A stretch of 64,000 bases of DNA from a virus. Its lineage: Duplodnaviria; Caudoviricetes. Of this stretch, positions 1 to 10,543 are shown piece by piece; the first letter of the stretch is position 1; each line of letters starts with the position of its first letter. Both the position numbers and the translations under genes were made by a program. The notes under the pieces are model-generated. The model was not told the DNA's origin and did no database searches. It saw nothing but the letters and a program-made list of their open reading frames with translations. The stretch spans positions 17,066 through 81,065 of IMG/VR virus record IMGVR_UViG_3300042860_004240, one strand, 5' to 3'.

Positions 1-346
1 TGGGAGATGGACTGTTGAATATTATGATGTTGATAAAAAATATAAACAAATATTAGGCTATCAAAATGATATGAGACAAGCCTTTGTATCATCTGATGTT
101 TGGATCCAAGACAACAGATCTTCAGCTTTAGCGTTACTTGATTCTAATGCTGCTTGGAGAGCTGATGGCCCCACCCCTGCTCAAACTAAGTTTTTAAAAA
201 GCCGAGGCATTGCTATCACACCAGAAATGACTAAAGGCTTTGCTTCACAAATAATCTCTAATATCATTGAAAATGATCCTCAAGAAAAAAAGAAAGCCGA
301 ACAAAGAGCTTATTGGAAAAATAAAAATTCTAATAAGCGTTGGTAA
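1..346 (+). CDS. C-terminal part of a protein entering from the left edge; possibly the tail of a DEAD/DEAH-type helicase
   Basis: 'WRADGPTPAQTKFL...TKGFASQII' resembles the 'W...PT..Q...L...TKG.AS..I' tail seen on phage helicases; 5' end probably lies outside the window. Confidence 0.4.
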   Translation, partial: GRWTVEYYDVDKKYKQILGYQNDMRQAFVSSDVWIQDNRSSALALLDSNAAWRADGPTPAQTKFLKSRGIAITPEMTKGFASQIISNIIENDPQEKKKAEQRAYWKNKNSNKRW

Positions 347-362
347 TAAAATACTATAATAT

Positions 363-2027
363 ATGATAGGATACATCATGACAACCAAATATAAAACATT
401 TAAACTAGGACTAGCAGCTTCTGTTATTCCTACGTTTTTAATGTTAACTCCCCTTACTGTGCCTATTTCGTCTGCAGCACAAGACGATGGATCTTCTCAA
501 ATTGTTCAATACAATTCCAAAAAAGATTTCAACAAAAACACTCGTAAACGTTCTAGAACATTTACTTACAATGATGTACAATCAAAACCTGATCCACTAG
601 TTGCTACTGCTACAGAACCTGTAAAGTTTAGCACTACTTTAGATGTTTCTACTTCTAAAATATCTGCTAACATTCCTTACGACCTTGGATACCAAGGCGA
701 AGATGTTTACGTTGCCGTCATCGACACAGGCGTTGAATCTGCTCATCCATTTCTTCAGAACAGAGTTGCTTTAGAAGCTTGCTTTTCTGATCAATGTCCT
801 GATGGAACCGAAGAACAATATGGTCCTGGTTCAGCTAGACCAGTTCACTGGCATGGTACCCATGTTGCCGGCATTGTTGCTGGTTACAATTCCACATTTC
901 GTGGTGTTGCACCAAAAGTAAAAATCATTGCTATTAATGTTTTTGATCCTTATGGTGGAGCTTACGATGAAAGCATTATTAAAGCTTTAGAATATGTTTA
1001 TTCAATAGCTGATACTTATAATATTGCTTCTGTTAATATGTCACTTGGCAGTTCAAGAATATTTAAAGCTACTTGCGACGATTATATTCCTGCTATGACT
1101 ACAGCTATTAAAAACTTAAAATCTAAAAACATTGCTACTGTTGTAGCTAGTGGTAATTCTTATGCTGTTGGTATGAGCGCTCCTGCTTGTATCAGCGATT
1201 CTGTAAGTGTTGCTGCTACTTCAAGCTGGACTGACAAAGTTACTGAGTTCTCTAATGTATCTCAGTATACAACTTTGTCTGCCCCAGGATTAACTATCAA
1301 ATCCTCTAAGCTTATGGGAGCTTATGCCACTGCTTCTGGGACATCTATGGCTGCTCCACACGTTGCTGGAGCTTACGCCGTATATCGTTCTAAGTTTGGA
1401 CTTCAAACAGTTTCTAAAGTAACTTCTGATTTCCAATCTGCTTCTGTACCAGCACTCGATGAGTACAGCAGTATCATTACTAAAAGAATTGATTTTAAAA
1501 AAATATTTGATCCAAATTATGTTGCACCTCCTGTAACTACTACAATTCCTCAAACCACTACTACCACTACACCACCTGTTGTTACAACCTCTACGACTGT
1601 TGCACCTAGCCCTACAACTACTATTCCATCACAATCAACAACTACTACTAGCTTACCTGTAACTAGTACAACATCTCCAGTAGTCACTACAACAACAGTA
1701 CCATCTCCAACTACTACAGTTGTTACAACCTATATCAATCCTCCTTCTATTAATAGAATTGTTCAAATCAATTCTTCTACCTTTGGAATAACTTTAAGAT
1801 ATTATACTTATAATAACGCTAAACCATCATCTATTAATGTATACTGTTACGCTTACGACGATTCAACTGATATAACTTATCAAGTTTCGTTTCCATATAC
1901 TTCAGGAAATTTGTTAAACTATCAATTCATTTCTGATTCTACTATGGTAAAATATTGTAGAGCAAACGCAGTTTCTTCTAACAATGTCATGAGTAGATAT
2001 ACCCAATATATTGGAGTAACAAAATGA
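363..2027 (+). CDS. Subtilisin-like S8 serine protease with signal peptide and Thr/Pro-rich linker
   Basis: Catalytic triad motifs VAVIDTG, HGTHVAG and GTSMAAPHVAG; hydrophobic N-terminus; poly-Thr region. Confidence 0.93.
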   Translation: MIGYIMTTKYKTFKLGLAASVIPTFLMLTPLTVPISSAAQDDGSSQIVQYNSKKDFNKNTRKRSRTFTYNDVQSKPDPLVATATEPVKFSTTLDVSTSKISANIPYDLGYQGEDVYVAVIDTGVESAHPFLQNRVALEACFSDQCPDGTEEQYGPGSARPVHWHGTHVAGIVAGYNSTFRGVAPKVKIIAINVFDPYGGAYDESIIKALEYVYSIADTYNIASVNMSLGSSRIFKATCDDYIPAMTTAIKNLKSKNIATVVASGNSYAVGMSAPACISDSVSVAATSSWTDKVTEFSNVSQYTTLSAPGLTIKSSKLMGAYATASGTSMAAPHVAGAYAVYRSKFGLQTVSKVTSDFQSASVPALDEYSSIITKRIDFKKIFDPNYVAPPVTTTIPQTTTTTTPPVVTTSTTVAPSPTTTIPSQSTTTTSLPVTSTTSPVVTTTTVPSPTTTVVTTYINPPSINRIVQINSSTFGITLRYYTYNNAKPSSINVYCYAYDDSTDITYQVSFPYTSGNLLNYQFISDSTMVKYCRANAVSSNNVMSRYTQYIGVTK

Positions 2028-2147
2028 ATAATATAGATGTTTCAGATCCTCGATATATGATACATCCAACTTTAACTCCTGATTTATATCGGAACCCTTA
2101 CAAAAACTAGAACACTGTACATCCCTGCAGGCACTACGCCTGAAGTT

Positions 2148-2474
2148 ATGTACAATAGTCCAGATCAACTTATCTCATATGTTTTTAAAGAAGGTCTTTA
2201 CGAATATATACAATTAGATAAATACGCCCATGCTTTAGTTGATGCTAAAGCATTTGACAAATCTTTGCCAATAAACTATTTAGCTTCTTATTATTTTAGA
2301 AATAATTTTAAAATATATGAAATTAATGCCCGTGTTCTTGGCCCTGTTTTATTGTTTGGTTCACTTGACCACAATAAAAAAATAGACTATAAACATCATT
2401 CAATACCAATTGATTACATCACTTATGTATTGAAAATACCATATCTGCCTTATACAAATGCAGAAAAACCATAA
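2148..2474 (+). CDS. Hypothetical protein
   Basis: 108-aa ORF in gene-dense + strand run. Confidence 0.55.
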   Translation: MYNSPDQLISYVFKEGLYEYIQLDKYAHALVDAKAFDKSLPINYLASYYFRNNFKIYEINARVLGPVLLFGSLDHNKKIDYKHHSIPIDYITYVLKIPYLPYTNAEKP

Positions 2475-2491
2475 CAACGAAAGGTTATACT

Positions 2492-2701
2492 ATGATAGGA
2501 ATTATCATTGGAGACAAAGTTGAACATACCGTTTACTTAAACAATATTCAACGCGCTCTCAAAACTAACAACTTACAAGAAACTAAATTATCAGAACAGG
2601 AAATTAGCAGCATGTCTGCTTGGGTTTCTGAAATGCTAGAAACTATCAATATGATACAATTGAATGATACTGTAAATCATTCAGAAAATGTGGGTGCTTA
2701 A
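2492..2701 (+). CDS. Hypothetical protein
   Basis: 69-aa ORF with AAGG RBS. Confidence 0.55.
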   Translation: MIGIIIGDKVEHTVYLNNIQRALKTNNLQETKLSEQEISSMSAWVSEMLETINMIQLNDTVNHSENVGA

Positions 2702-2711
2702 CTATTCCTAT

Positions 2712-2802
2712 GCCCAAGTGGCGGAATAGGTAGACGCAAGGGGCTTAAACCCCCTCGATTAGTCAAACAATCGTACCGGTTCGAGTCCGGTCTTGGGCAC
2801 CA
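2712..2802 (+). tRNA. tRNA-Leu(TAA)
   Basis: Acceptor stem GCCCAAG/CTTGGGC, anticodon arm AGGGG-CTTAAAC-CCCCT, long variable arm, GTTCGAGT T-loop, encoded CCA. Confidence 0.95.
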
Positions 2803-2862
2803 CATACTATAATATAAATCTAAATTTGTTATTCTTATATAAAGGAAGATTTATGGATTCAA

Positions 2863-3174
2863 ATGACTATAGATAAAAACCCTGAATTTATGAATTTATC
2901 TTGGCAAGATCGAGCAATTTGTAAAAACAAATCTGATCTTTTTTTTGGTTCGTACAACGAAAGAACTACTGCTAAAATAAAAAGAGAACAAGAAGCTAAA
3001 AAGCTTTGCGATGTTTGCCCTGTCTTAACTCAATGTAGAACGCATGCTCGTACCCATTCAGAATATGGGTTTTGGGGTGGAGAATCTGAAGAAGAACGAT
3101 ATACTTCTGGATATAAGATATCCAACCCAACAGTCCGTAGAAGAATCAATAAACTTAATTCATCTAAGGATTAA
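2863..3174 (+). CDS. whiB: WhiB-family Fe-S transcription regulator
   Basis: WQDRAIC...LFF...AKKLCDVCPVLTQC...GFWGGESEEER; four Cys plus the G[IVF]WGG turn. Confidence 0.93.
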   Translation: MTIDKNPEFMNLSWQDRAICKNKSDLFFGSYNERTTAKIKREQEAKKLCDVCPVLTQCRTHARTHSEYGFWGGESEEERYTSGYKISNPTVRRRINKLNSSKD

Positions 3175-3508
3175 CATGAAAAAGCTTGTCTTATTTCTAA
3201 TAACTACTGTATCTGCATTTATGCTTTATTTAAAATATAAAGCTATATCAGATCACCCTTATGATATAGATATGTACGAATAAAAACTATCAAAATTTTT
3301 TAATGAAAGAAATTCCATGCTCCTTTACGTAATCATTTTTATCGGTGCCCTATGGGGTACTTTTACTCTTATCGGAATAAACGAAGAAGATAAAGAAATT
3401 CAAGAAATGGTTCAATCTGCTCGCAAAGCAACTATGCCATCTCATGGCTCAGAATGATTTAACTCTAATATATAATACAAAAAACAACACAGAAAAGAAC
3501 AACCAAAC

Positions 3509-3709
3509 ATGAATTATGGTACAGTAAAATTTTTTAACGACGAAAAAGGCTTTGGCTTTATTGCCGTTGAAAATGGCGAAGATATCTTTGTCCACTTCTC
3601 AAATATTGAAGGAACCGGCAGACGCTCACTGGCTGCTGGTCAAGAAGTAGAATTTGAGATTGGTCAAGGCCAAAAAGGTCTTGAAGCTAAAAACGTTAAA
3701 CCAGTATAA
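3509..3709 (+). CDS. cspA: Cold-shock protein (CspA family)
   Basis: [15 protein letters not shown] (RNP1) and DIFVHFS (RNP2). Confidence 0.96.
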   Translation: MNYGTVKFFNDEKGFGFIAVENGEDIFVHFSNIEGTGRRSLAAGQEVEFEIGQGQKGLEAKNVKPV

Positions 3710-3970
3710 GCTTTACTATAAGTACTAAAGGGGAATAATAACATGCAAAAGAATCATTTATCTATAGCTACTTCTTTAGTCGACAAAGCAATTTCTGAAA
3801 TTTCTTCAAGAAACCTTGTTTCTTCTTCTGAAATGACGGATCTATTATTAGATATCCGTTTAGAAATTATGCTATTCCAAGAAACTAATTTATCTAAAGT
3901 TTAGTTTTTGTCCGATAATGTCATACAGTGATATGCCTCGGATAGAAACTATTACTAAAAAGGAAACACA

Positions 3971-4171
3971 ATGAAAGTTAAATTTACTATTGAAATCCAC
4001 GCTGACATTCCAGGTGAATTTCAAAACGATGCTTTAGCAGTTACTTTACTGCAAGAAGAAATTGATGAATTACTGTCAATTGGTGCTGAATACGAAAAAG
4101 AAGATCAACCTTCAGTTATGTTTGAATCAGCTAAGATTAAAACTTACTTTCCTGGAGCAGGAAAACTTTAA
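3971..4171 (+). CDS. Hypothetical protein
   Basis: 66-aa ORF with AAGGA RBS. Confidence 0.6.
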   Translation: MKVKFTIEIHADIPGEFQNDALAVTLLQEEIDELLSIGAEYEKEDQPSVMFESAKIKTYFPGAGKL

Positions 4172-4176
4172 CTTTT

Positions 4177-4452
4177 ATGCAACATTTACCTAGTGATTTT
4201 ACAGCAAACGTATTAATGACTTACGACCAAATGCTTGAAGTCCACAAAGCAATTAGCGCTAAAATTATGAACATAATTACTACAGGATTTGAAAACGAAA
4301 TTGATGATCCTTATTCTCAACTTCGCATTAGCACGTTAATGAATTTTCAAATTAAATTAGATGCTCTTATTACTCAAGCAGTAGATGAGTGGGAACAAAA
4401 AGTTGCAAAAGCTGAAATACAAGATCTCAATTATTTTGATTTTGAAGAATAA
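4177..4452 (+). CDS. Hypothetical protein
   Basis: 91-aa ORF tightly packed after the previous gene. Confidence 0.6.
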   Translation: MQHLPSDFTANVLMTYDQMLEVHKAISAKIMNIITTGFENEIDDPYSQLRISTLMNFQIKLDALITQAVDEWEQKVAKAEIQDLNYFDFEE

Positions 4453-4476
4453 CTATAAAATTAATTAAGGATTAAG

Positions 4477-5241
4477 ATGAATGAGTTATCAATTCAAATA
4501 AAAAACTTAACAAAAAAATTTGCTCCAGGCTATTATCAATCTATAGATGTTGATGAAGGCTGGTATCAAATTGTTTTAGATTGTGATAAAGAATTATCAT
4601 CTATCGATCCAGATTATATTATTCTTCAAGTTAAACAAAAGTTTGGTGGATTGCGCTATTATTGTCAATCATCACAACCAGACAACCCTGAATTGTTTGC
4701 ACAAATTAATTCAGTAATTAAAAAGTATGAAAACATTGCAGCAGTTACTTGCGAAGTTACTGGCAATCCTGGTGTCTTAATGAAATCCGAAACTGGATGG
4801 CATAAGACGCTTGACCCCTTATGGGCTGAAAGTGCATTATTCCATAAGAACTATACTGTAGTTGATAAAACTCCGTTAGCCAATCTTCAGCCAGACTTTG
4901 ATATTCAAAAATTCAAAAAAATTGCCGATAACTGGAGAAAAACAGCTATCGCACTTGCTACAGATTTAGGCAACCCCGATATTGCTATAGATCTTTATGA
5001 AGATATCCAAAGCGGATTGTATGACACAATTCGCGAAAGAATGATACCTAATACTAATGTATCAAATGCTTTTGATGGTTTGCATGATTATGCAATGTTA
5101 TTATCTACAAAAGCAGGCGAAGCTCAAGAACTTAGAGTAGCAGCAGAAGATTCCAGCGATGCTGAAAACACTTATTATTGGGAAGGCTATGAAGCAGCAT
5201 TAGACTTTGCTATAGACTCATTGCCCAATTACAATAACTAA
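4477..5241 (+). CDS. Conserved phage hypothetical protein
   Basis: 'GWY...QVKQKFGGLRYY...TCEVTG.PG' pattern common in large-phage hypotheticals; AAGGA RBS. Confidence 0.7.
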   Translation: MNELSIQIKNLTKKFAPGYYQSIDVDEGWYQIVLDCDKELSSIDPDYIILQVKQKFGGLRYYCQSSQPDNPELFAQINSVIKKYENIAAVTCEVTGNPGVLMKSETGWHKTLDPLWAESALFHKNYTVVDKTPLANLQPDFDIQKFKKIADNWRKTAIALATDLGNPDIAIDLYEDIQSGLYDTIRERMIPNTNVSNAFDGLHDYAMLLSTKAGEAQELRVAAEDSSDAENTYYWEGYEAALDFAIDSLPNYNN

Positions 5242-5246
5242 TCTAA

Positions 5247-5319
5247 GGGCCGGTAGCTCAGTGGTTAGAGCAGGGGACTCATAATCCCTTGGCCGTGGGT
5301 TCGATCCCCACTCGGCCCA
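5247..5319 (+). tRNA. tRNA with CAT anticodon (Ile2-like, or elongator Met)
   Basis: Acceptor stem GGGCCGG/TCGGCCC, AGCTCAGTGGTTAGAGC D-arm, GGGGA-CTCATAA-TCCCT anticodon arm; lacks initiator features. Confidence 0.9.
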
Positions 5320-5726
5320 CTACACCTATTGCATAAAGGAGAAAAAATAATGACTCAACCAAAATGGAACGACAAAGATGAAAATGGTGGTTATACTTAT
5401 TTTTATATGCACCACGAAGTAAATGATCATGGCGAAACTGAAGAAGACGCTGTAGCTATTCTTACTAAATACTTTGGTCCTGAACCAACTATAGAAGATT
5501 CTGATCTTGAAGATAGATGGTGGCAGGCCATAAGATGAACACAGCCCAACCTGAACAACAACCTTATATCAAACAGATGCCTAAAGGGGAATGCACTTAT
5601 TGTGATTTAGAATACGATAAGCCTACTGGCTTTTTCCCCTCTCACACAGCTTCCCCTAACTGCCGATCAGGCAATCATAACCATTGCACTTGTGATACTT
5701 GCTTTTAAAAACTACTAAAGGAAACC

Positions 5727-5978
5727 ATGAAACTTCAAACCATAGAACTTCCTCTTAATCCTGAAAACTATTATGGACATTCTATAGCTATAAATAATCT
5801 TAAAGTAAACGATGTAATTTATTTAGGTAATAACAAAAATGCTACTTTGCATTTAGTTACTGATATTACTTGGAATGAATCCGGTTGGTACGAAGTATTA
5901 GCAGATCCTAATATTAAAATAATTGCTCCACCTAACACTCGTGTTAATTTAGCTAGAAATGTAATTAATGCTCTCTAA
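5727..5978 (+). CDS. Hypothetical protein
   Basis: 83-aa ORF with AAGGA RBS. Confidence 0.55.
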   Translation: MKLQTIELPLNPENYYGHSIAINNLKVNDVIYLGNNKNATLHLVTDITWNESGWYEVLADPNIKIIAPPNTRVNLARNVINAL

Positions 5979-6325
5979 TTATTTTGACTTAATATCTATT
6001 GCTCTTAAAGAATCTTATTTTATGAGAATCTTTTTTGTAGCTATTATTTCTTATTTTTACTTCTCCTTTAAAGGTGCTAAAAAAATATGATAACTAAAGT
6101 AATATACTTTTTTAAATCTTTATTTAATAAACCTTCTAACTTGCTTGATTGTTCTAAACAATATTGTGCTGACCCAGATAACCCAGATGCCTTATATTGG
6201 GAAGACGAAGATTCTAGAGGTTTAACTTGCGGTCGTTGTAATCAAATTATTAGTTTTGAAACTTATAATCAAAACGGCTCAACTGAATATTATATGAAAG
6301 AATTTAAAAATTAGGAGATAACATT

Positions 6326-6811
6326 ATGGGTATGGACGTATATGGACGTAATCCTGAAAACGAAAAAGGCGAATACTTTAGAAACAATGTTTGGTGGTGG
6401 CGACCACTTTGGATGTATGTTGAAGACACTTTCCCTGAAATAGCTAAACTTGTTCCAAACGCTCATACCAATGATGGCGATGGACTTGGCAAAAAGCATT
6501 CTGTTATGTTAGCTAAAAAAATAAAAGCTAATATTAAATCTGGTCAAGTCAAACAATACGAAAAAGAATACACAGAAGCTATTGAAGCACTCCCTATGGA
6601 AGACTGTGAATATTGTTCTACCACTGGTCAAAGAACTTGGGAAGCAAACTCCTCTAATAATCCTACTGATGAACCCATTCAAAAAGTATGCAATGCTTGT
6701 AATGGTTTAGGTAAGACAAAAACTTGGGCTGCTAATTATCCATTTAGCGAAGAAAATGTAATTGAATTTGCAGAGTTTCTATTATACTCTGGCGGTTTTA
6801 GAATATGTTAG
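6326..6811 (+). CDS. Hypothetical protein with DnaJ-like zinc-finger insertion
   Basis: MGMDVYG...YFRNNVWWWRPLW; CEYCSTTG...CNACNGLG; AGGAG RBS. Confidence 0.7.
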   Translation: MGMDVYGRNPENEKGEYFRNNVWWWRPLWMYVEDTFPEIAKLVPNAHTNDGDGLGKKHSVMLAKKIKANIKSGQVKQYEKEYTEAIEALPMEDCEYCSTTGQRTWEANSSNNPTDEPIQKVCNACNGLGKTKTWAANYPFSEENVIEFAEFLLYSGGFRIC

Positions 6812-6845
6812 TATACTTTTATAATTCAATATAGAAAGGCTTTTT

Positions 6846-7211
6846 ATGCCACCTCTTAAAAACCAAAACAAAGTAGCGGTTAAAGATAACCGTACACCAG
6901 AAGAAATTGCTATTCAATCAGCAATTACTTCTCATTACAATATTCTTACTCCTATGTACAAAGCTCAAAACATTCGCATTACTAGTCCTCTAACAAAAAA
7001 AGATCATCTTTTCAGCGTTACAGATACAAAGTTTTTCGAAATGTTTTATGAACTTTCTCAACTAGGTTTAAAAGATAAGCTCTTTGATGAACTTGAAACT
7101 TTTATAGTTAAGATAGATCCTGATTGGCAATCAGTTTATTCTGATATGGTTCAATACTTTGAATCAATGGACGGAACTAATGAAATTGCTCAAGACTCTA
7201 GTATATCGTAA
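6846..7211 (+). CDS. Hypothetical protein
   Basis: 121-aa ORF with AAAGG RBS. Confidence 0.6.
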   Translation: MPPLKNQNKVAVKDNRTPEEIAIQSAITSHYNILTPMYKAQNIRITSPLTKKDHLFSVTDTKFFEMFYELSQLGLKDKLFDELETFIVKIDPDWQSVYSDMVQYFESMDGTNEIAQDSSIS

Positions 7212-7303
7212 TATAGAACACGCTGAGCAACGTCAAAAAGAAGTTCCTGAAAATGATGAACATTCCTATAGATATTGGGATGGTTATATCAGCGCTTTAA
7301 AAT

Positions 7304-7480
7304 CTATCGTCCATGTTTTACCAGATGATCAGGATCTTTAATTCTGTCCCAATACATTACAGCGTGCATTTGCTTGTACTCTATATTGTCGTATCCATAT
7401 TCATATGATTCTACTGCTTTCATCAAGCCCTTGTGAATCAAAATTATTATTGTTGTTAAAATTATAAGTGCTATTATCAT
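7304..7480 (-). CDS. Small membrane-anchored hypothetical protein (58 aa, not in ORF track)
   Basis: MIIALIILTTIIILIHKG...HGR*; GTGATACTAT extended -10-like element just upstream. Confidence 0.5.
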   Translation of the reverse strand: MIIALIILTTIIILIHKGLMKAVESYEYGYDNIEYKQMHAVMYWDRIKDPDHLVKHGR

Positions 7481-7583
7481 GCCTGTATAGTATCACACTA
7501 TCTTATTAAGTGAACAGCTTAACTACTAGTATCTTTAAATTAGATACCACCTATCTACAATCCAAATATGGAGTTTAAATCAA

Positions 7584-8036
7584 ATGAAATCTACAAGAAA
7601 TAAAACTACCAATATAGCATTTCCTTCTAACTGGGAAAATTCTTATTTAATATTTTACAATTTTAATTCAGAATCTGTAAAGGAAGTTTTATACTTTAAA
7701 TCAATTACAGAAGCAACAAATAAATCAGGAACTGCTTTAGGCTTCTATGGTGTCAAAGCTTCCGCATACGGCATCAGGGTGCCCGCTAACGCCACTCATT
7801 GGTGTTTAGCTATCTTGGGTGGTTCTGCCCCAATTATAATTATGGAGCATCCTATTGCTGACAGTATGACTCAAAATGAATATCCTTTAAATCAAGACGT
7901 TTCTGTATTCTTTAATAGGTATTCTAAAAATGTTAAATTTATGATTGGTTCTAGCAATTATTCTAGATCAAAAACTAAAATACAAAATCTTCCAAATTAT
8001 GATATAATAAACGATCTTCTTAATCAAGAAAGTTAA
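7584..8036 (+). CDS. Hypothetical protein
   Basis: 150-aa ORF, GGAG upstream. Confidence 0.6.
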   Translation: MKSTRNKTTNIAFPSNWENSYLIFYNFNSESVKEVLYFKSITEATNKSGTALGFYGVKASAYGIRVPANATHWCLAILGGSAPIIIMEHPIADSMTQNEYPLNQDVSVFFNRYSKNVKFMIGSSNYSRSKTKIQNLPNYDIINDLLNQES

Positions 8037-8091
8037 CAATCATGTTATTATTTTCCAGCCTTTCAACTCGAATACCTACCCTGTAACATAC

Positions 8092-8167
8092 AGGGCGGTA
8101 TACCCTCACTCTTATAAAGTGTTGAAAGGTTAGTCGGTCCACGTGGGTTCAATCCCCACCCGCCCTA
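8092..8167 (+). tRNA. Non-canonical tRNA-like RNA with anticodon TAT (Ile) and no D-arm at the normal position
   Basis: Perfect 7-bp acceptor AGGGCGG/CCGCCCT plus discriminator A; T-arm GTGGG-TTCAATC-CCCAC; CACT-CTTATAA-AGTG anticodon arm only 8 nt after the acceptor strand. Confidence 0.75.
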
Positions 8168-8189
8168 CTAACAAAATTAAGGAGCTTCT

Positions 8190-8540
8190 ATGAAAAATTA
8201 TAGCCAACTTATTAAACAAATAAATGAGTCTATAAAAGAAGAAAAAAACAATATAGAATCTACTTCTGAATCTATATCTAGTTTAGTCCAAACTTCTATT
8301 AATACTTACGAACAGATTAAACTTCTTCCTAAAAGTTCTATCTCTGATCTTACTAGTATTTTTGTATTAATTGAATCTTTTTCTCAATCTATAGTTGATA
8401 TATGCAACAAGTACATTGCTTCCAATGTATCTAATCCTGACTTTGTCGATTTATTATTAAAACTTAGGAATCTTCAAAACGATCTTCTTGCTTCTTTGAT
8501 TATACTAAGAAGCAATTCGGAAGAATTTAATAAGTTTTAA
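8190..8540 (+). CDS. Hypothetical helical protein
   Basis: 116-aa ORF with AAGGAG RBS. Confidence 0.6.
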   Translation: MKNYSQLIKQINESIKEEKNNIESTSESISSLVQTSINTYEQIKLLPKSSISDLTSIFVLIESFSQSIVDICNKYIASNVSNPDFVDLLLKLRNLQNDLLASLIILRSNSEEFNKF

Positions 8541-8636
8541 CTCTTAAGCTGTTTTTTTTCTAAACTATTAAAAACAAAACCGTAAATCATACAAAAGTTT
8601 TGGTCACTTCTATACTAATTTTAAAGGAATATAAAC

Positions 8637-9320
8637 ATGTCATACGACGATTATCTTTTGAATAATAATGACGATGATATTTTTAATGATGATTCTAACC
8701 AATCAGACAACGAGCATATTGCTAACACGTTCACTAACCATATGCGGAATGAACACAATATAGATCTCGACGCTAAAGATTTTATCACAGATGTTAAAAC
8801 AGATAATGTAAGAGCTAAGATAGCTATTTCATTGTTTGAAGCTACCGGTAACTGGTTAGACACTGCTAAGGTTTCAGCTTTTACTAAAGCTACTCATGTT
8901 ACTCTAGATAAATTAACTGATGGTCTTTATTCTAAGACTTTCTATTTTTATCAATTAGAGTCTCAACTTTCTCAAAGACACACAATCATCCAAGTTGTAA
9001 CAGCTATGTCTGACATCGACAACAATGATTTTAAGGAACTTAGCAAATTTATAAACGTTGAAATTGATACTATGTACATTCATGTTTTCTTTAAGACAAT
9101 GCTTAATATTTTATTAAACGTTAATGCTAAAGAACGACTCGTTTATGCTGCACTAGGGAAAGAAATCAATTTGCCTGTTAATCCTAATTTAATTAATCCA
9201 GCACCAGACATGGATGATGATGGTTACATGGGACACGAGGACTTTATGCAGGCTCAAATTAAATCTTATGTTACAAGAGATTATGTTAAAAGCATCATAT
9301 CAAAAAATATTTCAAACTAA
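8637..9320 (+). CDS. Hypothetical protein
   Basis: 227-aa ORF with AAGGA RBS. Confidence 0.65.
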   Translation: MSYDDYLLNNNDDDIFNDDSNQSDNEHIANTFTNHMRNEHNIDLDAKDFITDVKTDNVRAKIAISLFEATGNWLDTAKVSAFTKATHVTLDKLTDGLYSKTFYFYQLESQLSQRHTIIQVVTAMSDIDNNDFKELSKFINVEIDTMYIHVFFKTMLNILLNVNAKERLVYAALGKEINLPVNPNLINPAPDMDDDGYMGHEDFMQAQIKSYVTRDYVKSIISKNISN

Positions 9321-9783
9321 AGCTAATGTTTTTAATAATTATTTTTTATTAAAGACAGATTCTAGATCACAACTTAATTTAATATACACTATTATCACTG
9401 CTGTTGCTGCTGCTCAAGTCAATTATCTTTTCTTTGGAATAGATATAGTACTTTTAGTTATATTCTCAGTTTTGTCTCATGAGTTTGCCCATTATATATA
9501 TTCCAAATCTTCTGGAGCAAAAACTTCTTTTCCTTTATTTATACCACTACCATTCTTTATTATAGGAATGGTAAGATCCCAAAATCTTTCTGATGAATAC
9601 AGATCTTCTGTTGCTATATCTGGAATGATTGCTGGTTCTTTTACTTTATTTATAATGTTATTGTTAAATATATATTTTAATTATTTTAATCCATCAACAA
9701 TAATTTTTATGATTCTTTTTGAGATTCTTATAAATTACTTTGGTTCTGATGGCAAAAAATATAGACTGTTTAAGAAAGGTTAA
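9214..9783 (+). CDS. Membrane protein, site-2 protease (M50)-like
   Basis: HEFAH within hydrophobic segments, followed by 'FIPLPFFIIG' and 'VAISG'; true start probably downstream of 9214. Confidence 0.6.
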   Translation: MMMVTWDTRTLCRLKLNLMLQEIMLKASYQKIFQTKANVFNNYFLLKTDSRSQLNLIYTIITAVAAAQVNYLFFGIDIVLLVIFSVLSHEFAHYIYSKSSGAKTSFPLFIPLPFFIIGMVRSQNLSDEYRSSVAISGMIAGSFTLFIMLLLNIYFNYFNPSTIIFMILFEILINYFGSDGKKYRLFKKG

Positions 9784-10162
9784 CGTAATGCCTTTAATAA
9801 TATTTTTGTCTGTTTTAGGAATATTCTCTAAAATTCAATCTTCTAAGTTAAGCAAAATAAACCAAAGCTATGATGAACAAAATAATGTTGATTATATATT
9901 TGCTTCTATTGTTAATCAATTAAATTTAGGGGATAACATTGAAGAAACAAAATAACGACATAAAACAAAAAATTGAACTCTTTATTTCTGAAACACATTT
10001 TGATATACATGGCATCTCTGCCACTCCATCATTTGATCAATCTTATGTTGTAAAGCTAATCACAAGAATAACAGTTAGCGCAACAACTGCTTTTTGGTCT
10101 TTTTTAGAACTAAAAGATTATTTAAACCAATTGAAAAAAACAAAATCTAGGAGAAATTAATA

Positions 10163-10531
10163 ATGGCTGACGAATATGATAAAGACATGACGTCTTTTAC
10201 TTTCTCTTTGAAACTTGCTTTAGAAGCTAAGAAAGATATTTCTGAAAAAGTTGATATGTTATCAGAAAGAATTGATCGGATTGTCGAGCACTTTACAATA
10301 GAAGACATTCCTATTATCAAACCAATTCTGAACATTACTCATTCCCGTAAAGAGTTGAAGAAACTTGCTAAAGCACTAGATAGAGTTGCCGATATTATCG
10401 AGCACCACGATGCTTTAACACAAAAGCTTAAAGTTATAGAACTTGCTGAGAAAGAACCAAATTGGTTCGCTGCTGCTTTTGGAGATTTTCAAGGCGATAT
10501 TGATTCTACAATATCAAACTTATTGTCATAG
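10163..10531 (+). CDS. Hypothetical protein
   Basis: 122-aa ORF with AGGAG RBS, directly before the Ubl cassette. Confidence 0.65.
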   Translation: MADEYDKDMTSFTFSLKLALEAKKDISEKVDMLSERIDRIVEHFTIEDIPIIKPILNITHSRKELKKLAKALDRVADIIEHHDALTQKLKVIELAEKEPNWFAAAFGDFQGDIDSTISNLLS

Positions 10532-10543
10532 GAGAAATTAATA

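Noticed and set aside
5170-7310. Similar 'Y(Y/R)W(E/D)GY..AL' motif at the ends of ORFs 4477 and 7159
   Set aside because: Too short to establish paralogy or function by eye.
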